NCBI GenBank assembly: GCA_035283985.1
Contig: DATESQ010000018.1
Location: forward strand, 344-64,343
DNA from: Thermoplasmata archaeon
GTDB lineage: Archaea; Thermoplasmatota; Thermoplasmata; RBG-16-68-12
Length of the DNA stretch: 64,000 nucleotides
Direction of reading: 5' to 3'
The stretch's first letter is position 1, and the number at the start of each line of letters is the position of its first letter. The notes under the pieces were generated by a model. The model saw only the letters and a program-made list of their open reading frames with translations. It had not been told where the DNA came from and ran no database searches. Positions 9,499 through 18,547 of the stretch are shown here, one piece after another. The position numbers and the translations under genes are program-made.

Positions 9499-11031
9499 AT
9501 GCCGGGCGAACGACGCGCGATTCTGAGCGTGTCGGACAAGCGCGGCATCGTCGATTTTGCGAAAGGGTTGGTCGCGCTCGGCTACGAGCTCCTCGCGACG
9601 GATGGGACCGCCAAGATCCTCCGCGCGGAGCGCGTGCCCGTCCGGAACGTCGCGGACTACACGGGCCATCCGGAGGTCCTGGGCGGGCGGGTGAAGACCC
9701 TCCATCCGAAGATCTTCGCGGCGATTCTTGCCCCGGAGGGGAGAACGGACGAGCTCCGGAAGGATGGGGTGGAGCCCATGGACCTCGTCGTCGCGAACCT
9801 CTATCCGTTCGAGGAGACGATTGCGAAGCCGGGCGTGAGCCATGCCGATGCGATCGAGAACATCGATATCGGGGGCGTCGCCCTCATTCGTGCCGCCGCG
9901 AAGAATGCGAACCGCGTAACGGTCGTCGTCAAAACATCGCGGTACCCCGAAGTGCTCGAAGCGCTCCGGCGTGGCGGCGTCCCCGCCCCGCTGCGGGAGG
10001 ACCTCGCCCTCGAGGCGTTCGAGTACACGAGCGGGTACGATGCGGCGATCTACAATTACCTCGCCCGCCGAAAGGGTGGGCTCTTTCCACCGGCCCTGCG
10101 CCTCGCGATGCCGAAAATCGCGGACCTCCGTTATGGGGAAAATCCGCACCAGAAGGCCGCGGTGTACCGTGAGTCCGTCCCGCATGCCTCCGTCGGGAAC
10201 GGGGAGAAGCTCAACGGCCGCGAGATGTCGTACAACAACTTCCTCGACCTCGACGCCGCGCTCCGCATCGCGATGGAGTTCGAACGACCGGCGGCCGCGG
10301 TCGTGAAGCATACGAACCCTTCCGGCGTCGCGATCGCCGAGGTGCTCGCGGACGCGTACCAGACCGCGCAAGCTGCGGACCCGATCTCCGCGTACGGCGG
10401 CGTCGTCGGCGTGAATCGCACGATTGATGTCGCGATGGCCCGCGCGATGAAACCGCATGTCCTCGATGCTGTGATCGCACCGGGATACGAGCCCGCGGCG
10501 CTGGAGATCCTGAAACAGAAGAAGAAGGGGTCCCTCCTCATCGTTCAGACCCGCGGCGAGTTCCGGAGAGACCATGGACTCGACATGGTGCGGGTCCTTG
10601 GCGGCCTCCTAGTGCAGACGACGGACTATCCCGAACTCCGGCCCGCCTCTCTGAAGGTCGTCACGAAGAAGGCCCCGACTCTCGAGCAGGTGCGCGACCT
10701 TTTGTTCGCGACGAAAGTGTCGCGGTTCGTGAAGTCGAATTCGATCGTCCTCGCGGAGGGCGAGCGGACCGTCGGCATCGGGGCGGGCCAGATGAGCCGC
10801 GTCGACGCGTGCATGCTCGCGTGCTATAAGGCGAAGGACGCCGCGCGGGGCAGCGTAGCGGTGAGTGACGCTTACTTCCCGTTCCGCGACGGGATCGACG
10901 AGCTCGCGAACGGGGGCATTGCCTCGATCGCGCAACCCGGCGGCTCGATCCGCGACGCAGAGATCATCGCAGCCGCGGACGAGCACGGCATCGCAATGGT
11001 CTTTACGGGGCTGCGGTTGTTCAAGCACTGA
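9499..11031 (+). CDS. purH: Bifunctional AICAR transformylase / IMP cyclohydrolase.
   Basis: N-terminal MGS-like domain ([19 protein letters not shown]...) and C-terminal AICARFT domain; full length 510 aa. Confidence 0.9.
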   Translation: MPGERRAILSVSDKRGIVDFAKGLVALGYELLATDGTAKILRAERVPVRNVADYTGHPEVLGGRVKTLHPKIFAAILAPEGRTDELRKDGVEPMDLVVANLYPFEETIAKPGVSHADAIENIDIGGVALIRAAAKNANRVTVVVKTSRYPEVLEALRRGGVPAPLREDLALEAFEYTSGYDAAIYNYLARRKGGLFPPALRLAMPKIADLRYGENPHQKAAVYRESVPHASVGNGEKLNGREMSYNNFLDLDAALRIAMEFERPAAAVVKHTNPSGVAIAEVLADAYQTAQAADPISAYGGVVGVNRTIDVAMARAMKPHVLDAVIAPGYEPAALEILKQKKKGSLLIVQTRGEFRRDHGLDMVRVLGGLLVQTTDYPELRPASLKVVTKKAPTLEQVRDLLFATKVSRFVKSNSIVLAEGERTVGIGAGQMSRVDACMLACYKAKDAARGSVAVSDAYFPFRDGIDELANGGIASIAQPGGSIRDAEIIAAADEHGIAMVFTGLRLFKH

Positions 11032-11039
11032 GGGGGACG

Positions 11040-11681
11040 ATGGCTCGAATCAACGTCGGTGTCCTCGCCTCGGGGCGGGGGACGGACTTCCAGAGCCTGC
11101 TCGACGCGCTGGACCGCGGCGAGCTTGACGTGCACATCGCCGTCCTTGTGTGCAACGTACCCGGCGCGCCCGTTATCGAGCGGGCGAAGCGCCATGGCGT
11201 TCCGCACGCGGTCGTCGACCACAAACCGTTCGGGACGGACCGCGCTGCGTTCGAACGTGGGATCCTCAAGATCTTGCGACAACATCGCGTGGACCTCGTT
11301 GTCTTCGCAGGCTTCATGCGCCTCGTCTCGCCCTACTTCATCGGGGAGTTCAGGAATCGAATCATCAACATCCACCCGAGCCTCCTCCCGTCGTTCCCGG
11401 GGGCGCACGCGCAGGAGGACGCGATCAAGGCGGGCGCGAAAGTGAGCGGCTGCACGATCCATTTCGTCGACGAAAGCGTCGATGGAGGCCCCATCATCCT
11501 CCAGAAGGCGGTGCCCGTCCTCGACGACGACACCCCGGAGACGCTCGCTGGGAGGATCCTCGAGCAGGAACACAGCTTTCTTCCACTCGCAGTCCGGCTT
11601 TTCGCAGAGAGACGGCTCGCGATCGAGGGCCGACGCGTCCGCATTAATCGAGACGGGATCGAACTCCCTCCGATGGCGTGA
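11040..11681 (+). CDS. purN: Phosphoribosylglycinamide formyltransferase (folate-dependent).
   Basis: '[20 protein letters not shown]...[15 protein letters not shown]' are canonical PurN motifs. Confidence 0.9.
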   Translation: MARINVGVLASGRGTDFQSLLDALDRGELDVHIAVLVCNVPGAPVIERAKRHGVPHAVVDHKPFGTDRAAFERGILKILRQHRVDLVVFAGFMRLVSPYFIGEFRNRIINIHPSLLPSFPGAHAQEDAIKAGAKVSGCTIHFVDESVDGGPIILQKAVPVLDDDTPETLAGRILEQEHSFLPLAVRLFAERRLAIEGRRVRINRDGIELPPMA

Positions 11682-11743
11682 GGCGAAGGCTCAGAGGACT
11701 GAGTCGAGAGAGTTCTCGCCGCTGAAAACAGGCGAATAAAATA

Positions 11744-11768
11744 GGCCGTTCGGGGTTCCCGAACGGCC
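11744..11768. other. Perfect 11-bp stem / 3-nt loop palindrome (GGCCGTTCGGG-GTT-CCCGAACGGCC).
   Basis: Verified base-by-base. Lies 63 nt after the purN stop in an AT-rich island; candidate terminator or protein-binding hairpin. Confidence 0.5.
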
Positions 11769-12140
11769 TCGTTGTGGAGGGATGCTTTTAGCGAATGCGG
11801 GCAGCACTTCGACATATAAAAAAGCTCCTCTGGAACCTCCACTCGAGGTGGAACGTGCGTTTTTTCACATGCCCTTTGTAAAGGAGGAAGCCGTTCGAGA
11901 AACCCGCGGAACGATCTCGCTGCAGCGGGATGCTTGTCCTGCCTGGCGAGGACAAGCACTATCTCAGACGCGCAAGGGGAGGACCGGGCTCGGTATCGTG
12001 TAATTGCAAGGTTCAGAGGATCAGGGGTCCCCTATTCACACCCCCGACTTATCTCGGATTCGATCCGGGGTCCGTCGGCCTCTACCCTGAGCGCGCAAAC
12101 CTTATCCATTCCGCACGATTCGAGGCGACGAGGCGATCCC

Positions 12141-12638
12141 ATGAAGGGCGTTGGGAAGTTCGGCGAGGTCATGGCGAGCGACAAGGGCCCGGCTGACTAC
12201 GGGACGGCCACGGAAAAGCTCATCCGCATAATCCACAGCGGGAGCCGGCCGCAGGCGATTCTGGACTTCGTCGTCCGCGAGCTCCGGAAGTTCCCGCACT
12301 ACAATTGGGTCGGCGTCTACCTCGTCGAGGGTGACGAGCTTGTCTTGGCGGGGTGGAGCGGCCCCGCCGCGACGCAGCACACGCGCATCCCGCTGGGTGA
12401 AGGCATTTGCGGCCGCGCCGCACAGACCCGCGAGACCGTCGTGGTGGGCGACGTGTCAACGGAGCCGCGATACCTCGAGTGCTTCCCGAATACGCGCTCG
12501 GAAATCGTCGTGCCAATCCTGCGGGATGGCCTGGCACTCGGAGAACTCGACATCGACTCCGACGCGCTCGACGCGTTCGGCGGGCAGGACCGTGCGTTCC
12601 TCGAGCGGATCGCCTCCGAGATCGCGAAGGTTCTGTGA
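12141..12638 (+). CDS. GAF-domain protein of the free methionine-(R)-sulfoxide reductase (fRMsr, COG1956) family.
   Basis: 'HYNWVGVYLVEGDELVLAGW...GEGICGRAAQTRETVVVGDVSTEPRYLECFPNTRSEIVVPI...ELDIDSD' matches fRMsr GAF proteins. ATG at 12141 verified; the listed ORF's 69 upstream codons lie in a structured intergenic region. Confidence 0.7.
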   Translation: MKGVGKFGEVMASDKGPADYGTATEKLIRIIHSGSRPQAILDFVVRELRKFPHYNWVGVYLVEGDELVLAGWSGPAATQHTRIPLGEGICGRAAQTRETVVVGDVSTEPRYLECFPNTRSEIVVPILRDGLALGELDIDSDALDAFGGQDRAFLERIASEIAKVL

Positions 12639-12755
12639 CGCATCAGGGCCCTCAACCGCCGACCAACAAGCCCCTTATGTGGGCCCGTTGGTTCGACCCT
12701 CTCGGAGATGTGAGATGAAGACCATCGCGCTCCTCGCGCCGAGGCCCCCTTCCAC

Positions 12756-13301
12756 TCATAGCCGGAACTCCCCCCACACCCGGACGAACGTATCGACCTG
12801 GTCGGGAGTCGCAAGTAGATAAGTGACCATCAACCGTGCAGTCTCTCGGCCGTCCGCGACGCGGTATCCCCGCTCCTCGTCCCGCGCGACGATCCCCGCG
12901 CCGACGAGCTTCTTGAGGTGATGCGTCAGAGTCGACGCGGATACGGGGACTTTCTCGAGAATCTCCCTGTGCAGAGCGGATTCCCGCTCCATGAGGTAGG
13001 ACATCACGAGGAGCGGTACCCGCTGCCGGAGGAATCCGAGGATCCCCTTCTCACGGTCTGTGAGCGCCGGGCGGGCGCCCGGGTCGCCGACGGGGTACCG
13101 CGGGTAGAACCGCTTGTACTCGCCATCCATCGCGGACGTGGCGAGGTCGTGTTTCTCGAGGAACCGCAGGTGGTAGTCCGCGAGCGTAATCGAGAGGTTC
13201 GTCGCGCGCGCGATCTCGCGGAGGTGATAGCCCGGGTTCGAGCGGACGAAGTCATAGAGCGCCTTCCGTGCCCGCACCGCGAGGATCTCGTCGTCCGCCA
13301 T
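12756..13301 (-). CDS. Transcriptional regulator with two winged-helix domains (ArsR-like).
   Basis: 'ALYDFVRSNPGYHLREIARATNLSITLADYHLRFLEKHDL' and 'ILGFLRQRVPLLVMSYLMERESALHREILEKVPVSASTLTHHLKKL'. Confidence 0.6.
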   Translation of the reverse strand: MADDEILAVRARKALYDFVRSNPGYHLREIARATNLSITLADYHLRFLEKHDLATSAMDGEYKRFYPRYPVGDPGARPALTDREKGILGFLRQRVPLLVMSYLMERESALHREILEKVPVSASTLTHHLKKLVGAGIVARDEERGYRVADGRETARLMVTYLLATPDQVDTFVRVWGEFRL

Positions 13302-13319
13302 GGCCGTCGCGATCCCGCG

Positions 13320-13583
13320 TCAACGGCGCAACGTCGCCCCGTAGAACAAGCCGAGGATGACAATGTCGAACGCGCCCGTAACGATAAACAGCGTCGCGAT
13401 GTCCCGTTGGCCGACGAGGAGGAACGCCGTGAGCGCGACGCCCTTCGCGAGGAAGAGCGCGAATGCCGCGGTCAATAGAAGGAGCGCACGGTCCCGGGTT
13501 CGCCGGTACGCGAGGGATCCAATGACCGCGAGGGCGAAGGCGAGGACACTCAGCCCGGCTGCGATGATATTCTCAACCACCAT
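13320..13583 (-). CDS. Small integral membrane protein (about 3 TM helices), co-oriented partner of the wHTH regulator.
   Basis: 87 aa, three hydrophobic segments, starts 18 nt upstream of the regulator gene. Confidence 0.5.
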   Translation of the reverse strand: MVVENIIAAGLSVLAFALAVIGSLAYRRTRDRALLLLTAAFALFLAKGVALTAFLLVGQRDIATLFIVTGAFDIVILGLFYGATLRR

Positions 13584-13633
13584 GTGGAAAACCTCGGGCC
13601 GCCACCGGAGGGACCCAGTTTAAAAGTTCGCTA

Positions 13634-14707
13634 CTAGTTTTCACGACGCCGCCGTCGGCTCAGGACGACGGTCGCGGCGACGAGTCCCGCGATCGCGGCG
13701 ACGCCGAGCGCGTAGAGGACCGGGTTCCAAGAGAGGGGCGGCGGCTGGTTCGCGCGGTTCACGAGGGTCCAGAACGCGGCGGATTCGACGCCCATCTTCG
13801 AATCGTGGTCGATCACTTGACCGCGCCCGTAGACCAGGAAGAATTCGCTGCCGCCCTCGCTCGGGGCGAGGCTCGTCGTTCTAACAGCGGCGATTCGACC
13901 GTCGACGATCGCGGTATTCGACCACGAGAAGAAAATCGATCCGAGTTCGCCGCTCACGCTGAGCTGCGACTCATCTGTTGCCCAGTCACGGATCTCGTCG
14001 AGGGATTGCTCCTCGATCTGTGTGTTCTGTGCTTCCGTGGCAACCTCGATTTTCAGAGCGAGTTCCGAGTTGGGCGCGTCGTACATCCATCCGCGGATCG
14101 AGAGATCCACTTTGATTTCCATCGGACTTACGAGGATCTGCCCGGTCCGGACGAAGCGCGAGGAGGCGGTGACAGTGAGTGTGAGGTTCCGCGACGTCGG
14201 AACCTCCGGGACCGGGTAGGCCGTGAACCGGAACTGGCGCCCGCCATCGACAGTCGTCGTGTTCACGGTGGTCACGGCCCAGTACTCGTTCGTGAGGTCC
14301 CATTCTTGGACGATATCGCCTCCACCGATGTCCCCGCCATCGTAAATGACCTCGACGAGGCGCTTCAATGTCAGCTCGTAGAGGATCCCGTCTTCCCGGT
14401 CGGCCCTGGGACGATACTCAACGGCGAAGGTGCCCCGCTCGAAGAGGAGACTGAACTCGTCGTCATGCCCATCGGGGGCCGCGCCCACCGAGATCGACTG
14501 GACCCGGAACCGACCCTCTGGAATGCCGAGCCCATTGAGGTTCCGCGCGGTCGCGGCTTCGACTGCATCCGAGATCCCGTCGCCGTCGGAGTCAGCGCCG
14601 TCGGCAAGTGCCGCGAAACTCGCAAGCGTAAACGCGCCCGTCGCGAGGAGGGCGAAAAGCATCGCGGCCCTTCGGACCTGCACGTTCCTTGGCTCCGGGA
14701 GTTCCAT
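13634..14707 (-). CDS. Secreted or anchored protein with N-terminal signal/TM, Asp-rich Ca-binding-like motif, C-terminal TM plus RRRRR tail.
   Basis: N-terminus MLFALLATGAFTLASFAALA; 'DGADSDGDGISDAVE' is a TSP3/DxDxDG-like motif; C-terminus PPLSWNPVLYALGVAAIAGLVAATVVLSRRRRREN. Confidence 0.55.
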   Translation of the reverse strand: MELPEPRNVQVRRAAMLFALLATGAFTLASFAALADGADSDGDGISDAVEAATARNLNGLGIPEGRFRVQSISVGAAPDGHDDEFSLLFERGTFAVEYRPRADREDGILYELTLKRLVEVIYDGGDIGGGDIVQEWDLTNEYWAVTTVNTTTVDGGRQFRFTAYPVPEVPTSRNLTLTVTASSRFVRTGQILVSPMEIKVDLSIRGWMYDAPNSELALKIEVATEAQNTQIEEQSLDEIRDWATDESQLSVSGELGSIFFSWSNTAIVDGRIAAVRTTSLAPSEGGSEFFLVYGRGQVIDHDSKMGVESAAFWTLVNRANQPPPLSWNPVLYALGVAAIAGLVAATVVLSRRRRREN

Positions 14708-14837
14708 CCAGCCGTCCTTATAAAGAGGTTATTCTACGGCCCTCGAATCGGTCATTCCCCGCCATGATTATCAATCGATGCCATTGACGAGCGTTCAAGA
14801 ACCTTCTTAGACGCCCAGGGAAACGGCGGCCCATCCG

Positions 14838-15695
14838 GTGGACGGCATGGACGAGAACCGTGCGATGGGACTGTTGGCCTTCGTGGCGATCATCCTCGCG
14901 GTCGTCGCACTCATCATTGCGTTGATGGGGCGGGCGACGAACCAGTCACCTGTGGCGATTGCCGGCGAGGACATCGCGGGCGTGGCGGGCGAACCCGTTC
15001 CGTTCCGTGGGATCGCAGGGGACGGCGACGGGACCGTCGTCCGGTACGAGTGGGACTTCGAGGGCGACGGCGTGTTTGACTATTCGAGCCCGACGACCGG
15101 GTATGTTGACCACGTCTACCCGCCGAACCCGACGCTCGTGGGACAGACCGTGAACATCACGGCCGTGCTCCGGGTCACGGACAATGCTGGCGCCGCGGAT
15201 ACGGACACGCGCGTCGCGGCGCTCCGGTACGAGCCGCCCCGCCTGACCGCTCAGGTGACCCGCCAGGGCGCCTACTGGCTCGTGACCCTGACCGGGGCCT
15301 CGAACACGATCCGCGTGAACGAAGCGAGGTTCGTCGTGAAGACCCCGCTGGGCGCGGTCCTGTTCGCATCCTCCGTCAACGATGCGGGTACACTCCGGGA
15401 CGATCGGGACATCGACGGGCAGTTCGACATATGGGCGATGCCTTCGGGAGCGGGCGCGATCACAAACGGCACGGGTGCGGCGTGGACCTGGGCAAACCTC
15501 TTCGACACCCGGAACGCGCGGTTCGTGTATGCTGACGAATCGTTCAACCGCGACGTAGACGAGCCGGACCTCGTCGCGATCTACGCGGACCCGAACGACG
15601 ATGGCACGCAGGACGTGATGACCGGGTTCTTCTTCGAGATCTGGGACACGCCGAACGGAAACGCAATCCTCCTGCGCGTTGCCCTCGCCGGGTGA
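14838..15695 (+). CDS. Membrane-anchored protein with a PKD-like domain.
   Basis: N-terminal TM (LLAFVAIILAVVALIIALM). 'VVRYEWDFEGDGVFDY' is a PKD-domain signature (WDFGDG). Confidence 0.6.
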   Translation: MDGMDENRAMGLLAFVAIILAVVALIIALMGRATNQSPVAIAGEDIAGVAGEPVPFRGIAGDGDGTVVRYEWDFEGDGVFDYSSPTTGYVDHVYPPNPTLVGQTVNITAVLRVTDNAGAADTDTRVAALRYEPPRLTAQVTRQGAYWLVTLTGASNTIRVNEARFVVKTPLGAVLFASSVNDAGTLRDDRDIDGQFDIWAMPSGAGAITNGTGAAWTWANLFDTRNARFVYADESFNRDVDEPDLVAIYADPNDDGTQDVMTGFFFEIWDTPNGNAILLRVALAG

Positions 15696-15783
15696 TGGGC
15701 GGAAGGACGCGCAGTTCCCTTAGGTGGCGGAGGTAGCCCGGGCTGACCCACGGGACCCATCGCGAAAAATGAGCGCAGCGTGC

Positions 15784-16005
15784 CTACTCGTGGACGACCT
15801 CACCGAACGCGACGCGTCGAAGCACCTTGGTCACCCGGAACTTGACCTGGTCGCCGACCTTCGTGCCCGGGACGAAGACCACGAAGTTCTCGACCCGACA
15901 CATGCCGTCCCCTTCACGACCCATGTCCTCGATCTTCGCCTCGTACACCTTCCCCTCCTCGACGGGAGCGGTCGACGGACGAGGGCTTTGGCCGAATTGA
16001 GACAT
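15784..16005 (-). CDS. TRAM domain protein (small OB-fold, RNA-binding).
   Basis: 73 aa; 'YEAKIEDMGREGDGMCRVENFVVFVPGTKVGDQVKFRVTKV' is the typical stand-alone archaeal TRAM pattern. Upstream (minus strand) TTATATA box plus GGGAGGT SD-like. Confidence 0.65.
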   Translation of the reverse strand: MSQFGQSPRPSTAPVEEGKVYEAKIEDMGREGDGMCRVENFVVFVPGTKVGDQVKFRVTKVLRRVAFGEVVHE

Positions 16006-16162
16006 TCCAGACCTCCCGCCCCCCCATAGGGCGCGACCGTTCGTATCTGGAGGACGCTATATAATGGTATGGTCTGACACGGCCCAAGAACAGGGCTTGA
16101 ATGCGTCGGGTGGAGCCCGTTTTCTAGGAGGAATTGACCGTGCAAACGAGCGGAAGACGGGC

Positions 16163-16570
16163 CTAGGTGTCCCGCGGCGATCCGACGTCGTAGTCTTCCT
16201 CGATTCCTTTCGGACCGAAGCGCATCGAAAGGATCAGCAGCACAATCCCGACGACGAGGACGACGAGGCCGATCGCGGCGACGTATCGGTTCAACCACCC
16301 GAACGCTTCGTACGCCGAACCGCCAATCGGAATTCGAAGGATGTCGTGGAGGAACGAGCCGAACGCGATGGCGGGGCCGCCGGCGAGGACGAGCGCGACG
16401 CCGATGTAGAACAGGATCCGCCCACGGCGGAACGGCTTGTCGGGAGGTCCGCCCGCCTCCTCCTCCTGAAGCATGGAGGCGTCGAAGATCTCTCCGCACT
16501 TCGGACACTCGCGGGCGTCCTCCTCGACGGGAGATCCGCAGCTCGGGCACTCGTACGTCTCACCGGACAT
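16163..16570 (-). CDS. Zinc-ribbon membrane protein.
   Basis: N-terminal CPSCG...CPKCG zinc ribbon followed by two hydrophobic helices. Confidence 0.55.
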   Translation of the reverse strand: MSGETYECPSCGSPVEEDARECPKCGEIFDASMLQEEEAGGPPDKPFRRGRILFYIGVALVLAGGPAIAFGSFLHDILRIPIGGSAYEAFGWLNRYVAAIGLVVLVVGIVLLILSMRFGPKGIEEDYDVGSPRDT

Positions 16571-16676
16571 CAGGCGACCGCTCCTTTCGATGCAGGGGAT
16601 GGACTATAATCGTTTCTCCAACTAATTCGGAAGTGATAATGAGTCCTCCCGTGAGGGGGGGCAGGACCGAATCGCA

Positions 16677-16970
16677 TCAGGCGGTCGCGGTTTTCGGCCG
16701 CGGCATCCACGGCCATGCGACGGGGCCGGACACGTTCCGCCATTCCGCAGGCATCGGGTTGCCTTCGCTGTCGCGGCGGTAGTAATCCGCGACCTTCTCG
16801 AACTTCAGATCCTTGCCCGAGGCCTCGACGACGAGCGCGTTCCGAACGTTCGCCGCCGCGAATGCGGCGACCTCGTCGTCGAACACCGCTGCGTACGGGG
16901 TCTGGGCCTGCCACCAAAGAACGAGAAAGAGGGAGCGTTCCGGCTTCGACAGTTTTCTCCGTTGTTTCAT
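16677..16970 (-). CDS. Hypothetical small protein.
   Basis: 97 aa from a verified ATG (MKQRRKLSKPERSLFLVLWWQ...); composition is protein-like; no recognisable family. Confidence 0.35.
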   Translation of the reverse strand: MKQRRKLSKPERSLFLVLWWQAQTPYAAVFDDEVAAFAAANVRNALVVEASGKDLKFEKVADYYRRDSEGNPMPAEWRNVSGPVAWPWMPRPKTATA

Positions 16971-17238
16971 CGCGGATTCGTGCTCCGCCCCGGGTTCGGG
17001 GCCGGCTACCGAAATGGATTTGAACCTGAGCATAAGGCCTTTCGTTGTCAATTATCAGCGTTGGGACCTAACAATTCCGTTCCTGCGATAGGCCCTTGTG
17101 GCGCGTCGGCCCCGCCGAATCTTCCGCGGACTTCGACAGGCGACCCATCCCGAACGGACGGTTGGAAATGCCGCGGTTGCCGTTCGGAAAAGCAATGGGT
17201 TCAAAAACCCCGACTGTTTCACCTTTGGTGGTATACCC

Positions 17239-17670
17239 ATGTCACGCGAGGTCGATTATGAGCCGAAGCCCATCGATCCGGACTTCCTCCAGAAGCCGGA
17301 CGAGTACCCGCAAACGGGCGAGCACAACAGTCACAAGGTCTTCGCGGAGGGTAGCCAGCGGCAGGACCTGAACGGAAAGCCGTATCCGACGATGTTCGGG
17401 ATCCACGGCAGCCACGTCGCGGTGGACTTCGAGGGGTGTGTCGCGGACGGGGTGTGCATGGACGTCTGCCCAGTCGACGTGTTCGAGTGGCAACTGGCCC
17501 CGGGTCAGAAGGGGACCGGGACAGATAAGGTCCTCGAGAAGGGCTCGGACGAATGGAACCAGTGGCGGTCGGACAAGTCGGAGCCGATCCGGGAGAGCGA
17601 CTGCATCGACTGCATGGCCTGCGAGTCGGCGTGCCCGACGAAGGCCATCAAGATTTCACCGGGCGCATAA
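17239..17670 (+). CDS. Ferredoxin with two Cys clusters (zinc-containing / 7Fe-type archaeal ferredoxin-like).
   Basis: 'CVADGVCMDVCP' and 'CIDCMACESACP' motifs. Start at verified internal ATG 17239 (MSREVDYEPK). Confidence 0.75.
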   Translation: MSREVDYEPKPIDPDFLQKPDEYPQTGEHNSHKVFAEGSQRQDLNGKPYPTMFGIHGSHVAVDFEGCVADGVCMDVCPVDVFEWQLAPGQKGTGTDKVLEKGSDEWNQWRSDKSEPIRESDCIDCMACESACPTKAIKISPGA

Positions 17671-17764
17671 GGCGGCCGGCAGTCCCACCTCGTCAGCCGC
17701 GCACGTGCGACCAGCGAAGCTATAAGTCCCGCCACGGTCCTAGCGACCGCCCCAGGGGGATCCT

Positions 17765-18541
17765 ATGCCAGCCGCACGCGCAATCTGGAGCGGGAGCATT
17801 TCGTTCGGCCTCGTGAACATCCCAGTGAAGCTATACACGGCGAACGAGACGAAGGACATCTCGTTCACGACCCTCCACACGGCCTGCAAGACGCCTCTAA
17901 AGCGGCCGTACATGTGCCCCGTGGACAACGTCCCCGTCGAGCCGAAGGAGATGGTTAAGGGGTACCAGGTCGGGAAGGGCTCGTTCGTAATCCTCACGGA
18001 CGACGAGGTCGAGAGCGTCCGCGCGGAGTCAAGCGACCTCATCAACGTCGTCGGTTTCGTCGAGGCCCCCGAGATCGGCCCGCTGTTCTACGATTCAACG
18101 TATTACCTCGGCCCCCTTGAGACGAGCGTGAAGCCGTTCGAGCTATTCCGACAAGCGCTCCTCCAAACCGGCAAGGCCGCGATCGCGCAGGTCGTCCTCT
18201 GGAGGAAGGAGCGGCTCGTCGCGCTGCGGCCCGTCGACGGGGCCCTCGTGATGACGACCTTGTACTACGCGGATGAAGTGAAGTCACCGCCGGAAATCCC
18301 CGCCACGCGGCCCGTGAACATTACGGCCGAGGAGACGGAGCTCGCGATCAACCTTGTGACGGCGCTCTCTACGGACTTCGATCCGACGCGGTTCACGGAC
18401 GGCTACCGTGAGGCGCTCCTCAAGATGATCGAGGCGAAGATCGAGGGGAAAGCGATCGAGATCCCGCAGAGGCCGGTCGCCCCGACGACGCAGGACCTCA
18501 TGACGGCCCTGCGGGCGAGCGTCGCTGCGGCAAAGAAGTAG
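17765..18541 (+). CDS. ku: Ku protein (NHEJ DNA end-binding).
   Basis: N-terminus 'RAIWSGSISFGLVNIPVKLYTANE' is the canonical prokaryotic Ku core; about 258 aa with a C-terminal basic tail. Confidence 0.85.
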   Translation: MPAARAIWSGSISFGLVNIPVKLYTANETKDISFTTLHTACKTPLKRPYMCPVDNVPVEPKEMVKGYQVGKGSFVILTDDEVESVRAESSDLINVVGFVEAPEIGPLFYDSTYYLGPLETSVKPFELFRQALLQTGKAAIAQVVLWRKERLVALRPVDGALVMTTLYYADEVKSPPEIPATRPVNITAEETELAINLVTALSTDFDPTRFTDGYREALLKMIEAKIEGKAIEIPQRPVAPTTQDLMTALRASVAAAKK

Positions 18542-18547
18542 GGCCCT

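Noticed and set aside
11934-12140. N-terminal 69 codons of the listed GAF-protein ORF
   Set aside because: Lies in the structured intergenic region and is not protein-like; the fRMsr-family homology begins right after the verified ATG at 12141.
16064-16609. 181-aa plus-strand ORF
   Set aside because: Antisense to the Zn-ribbon membrane protein gene; Asp/Arg/Glu-rich.
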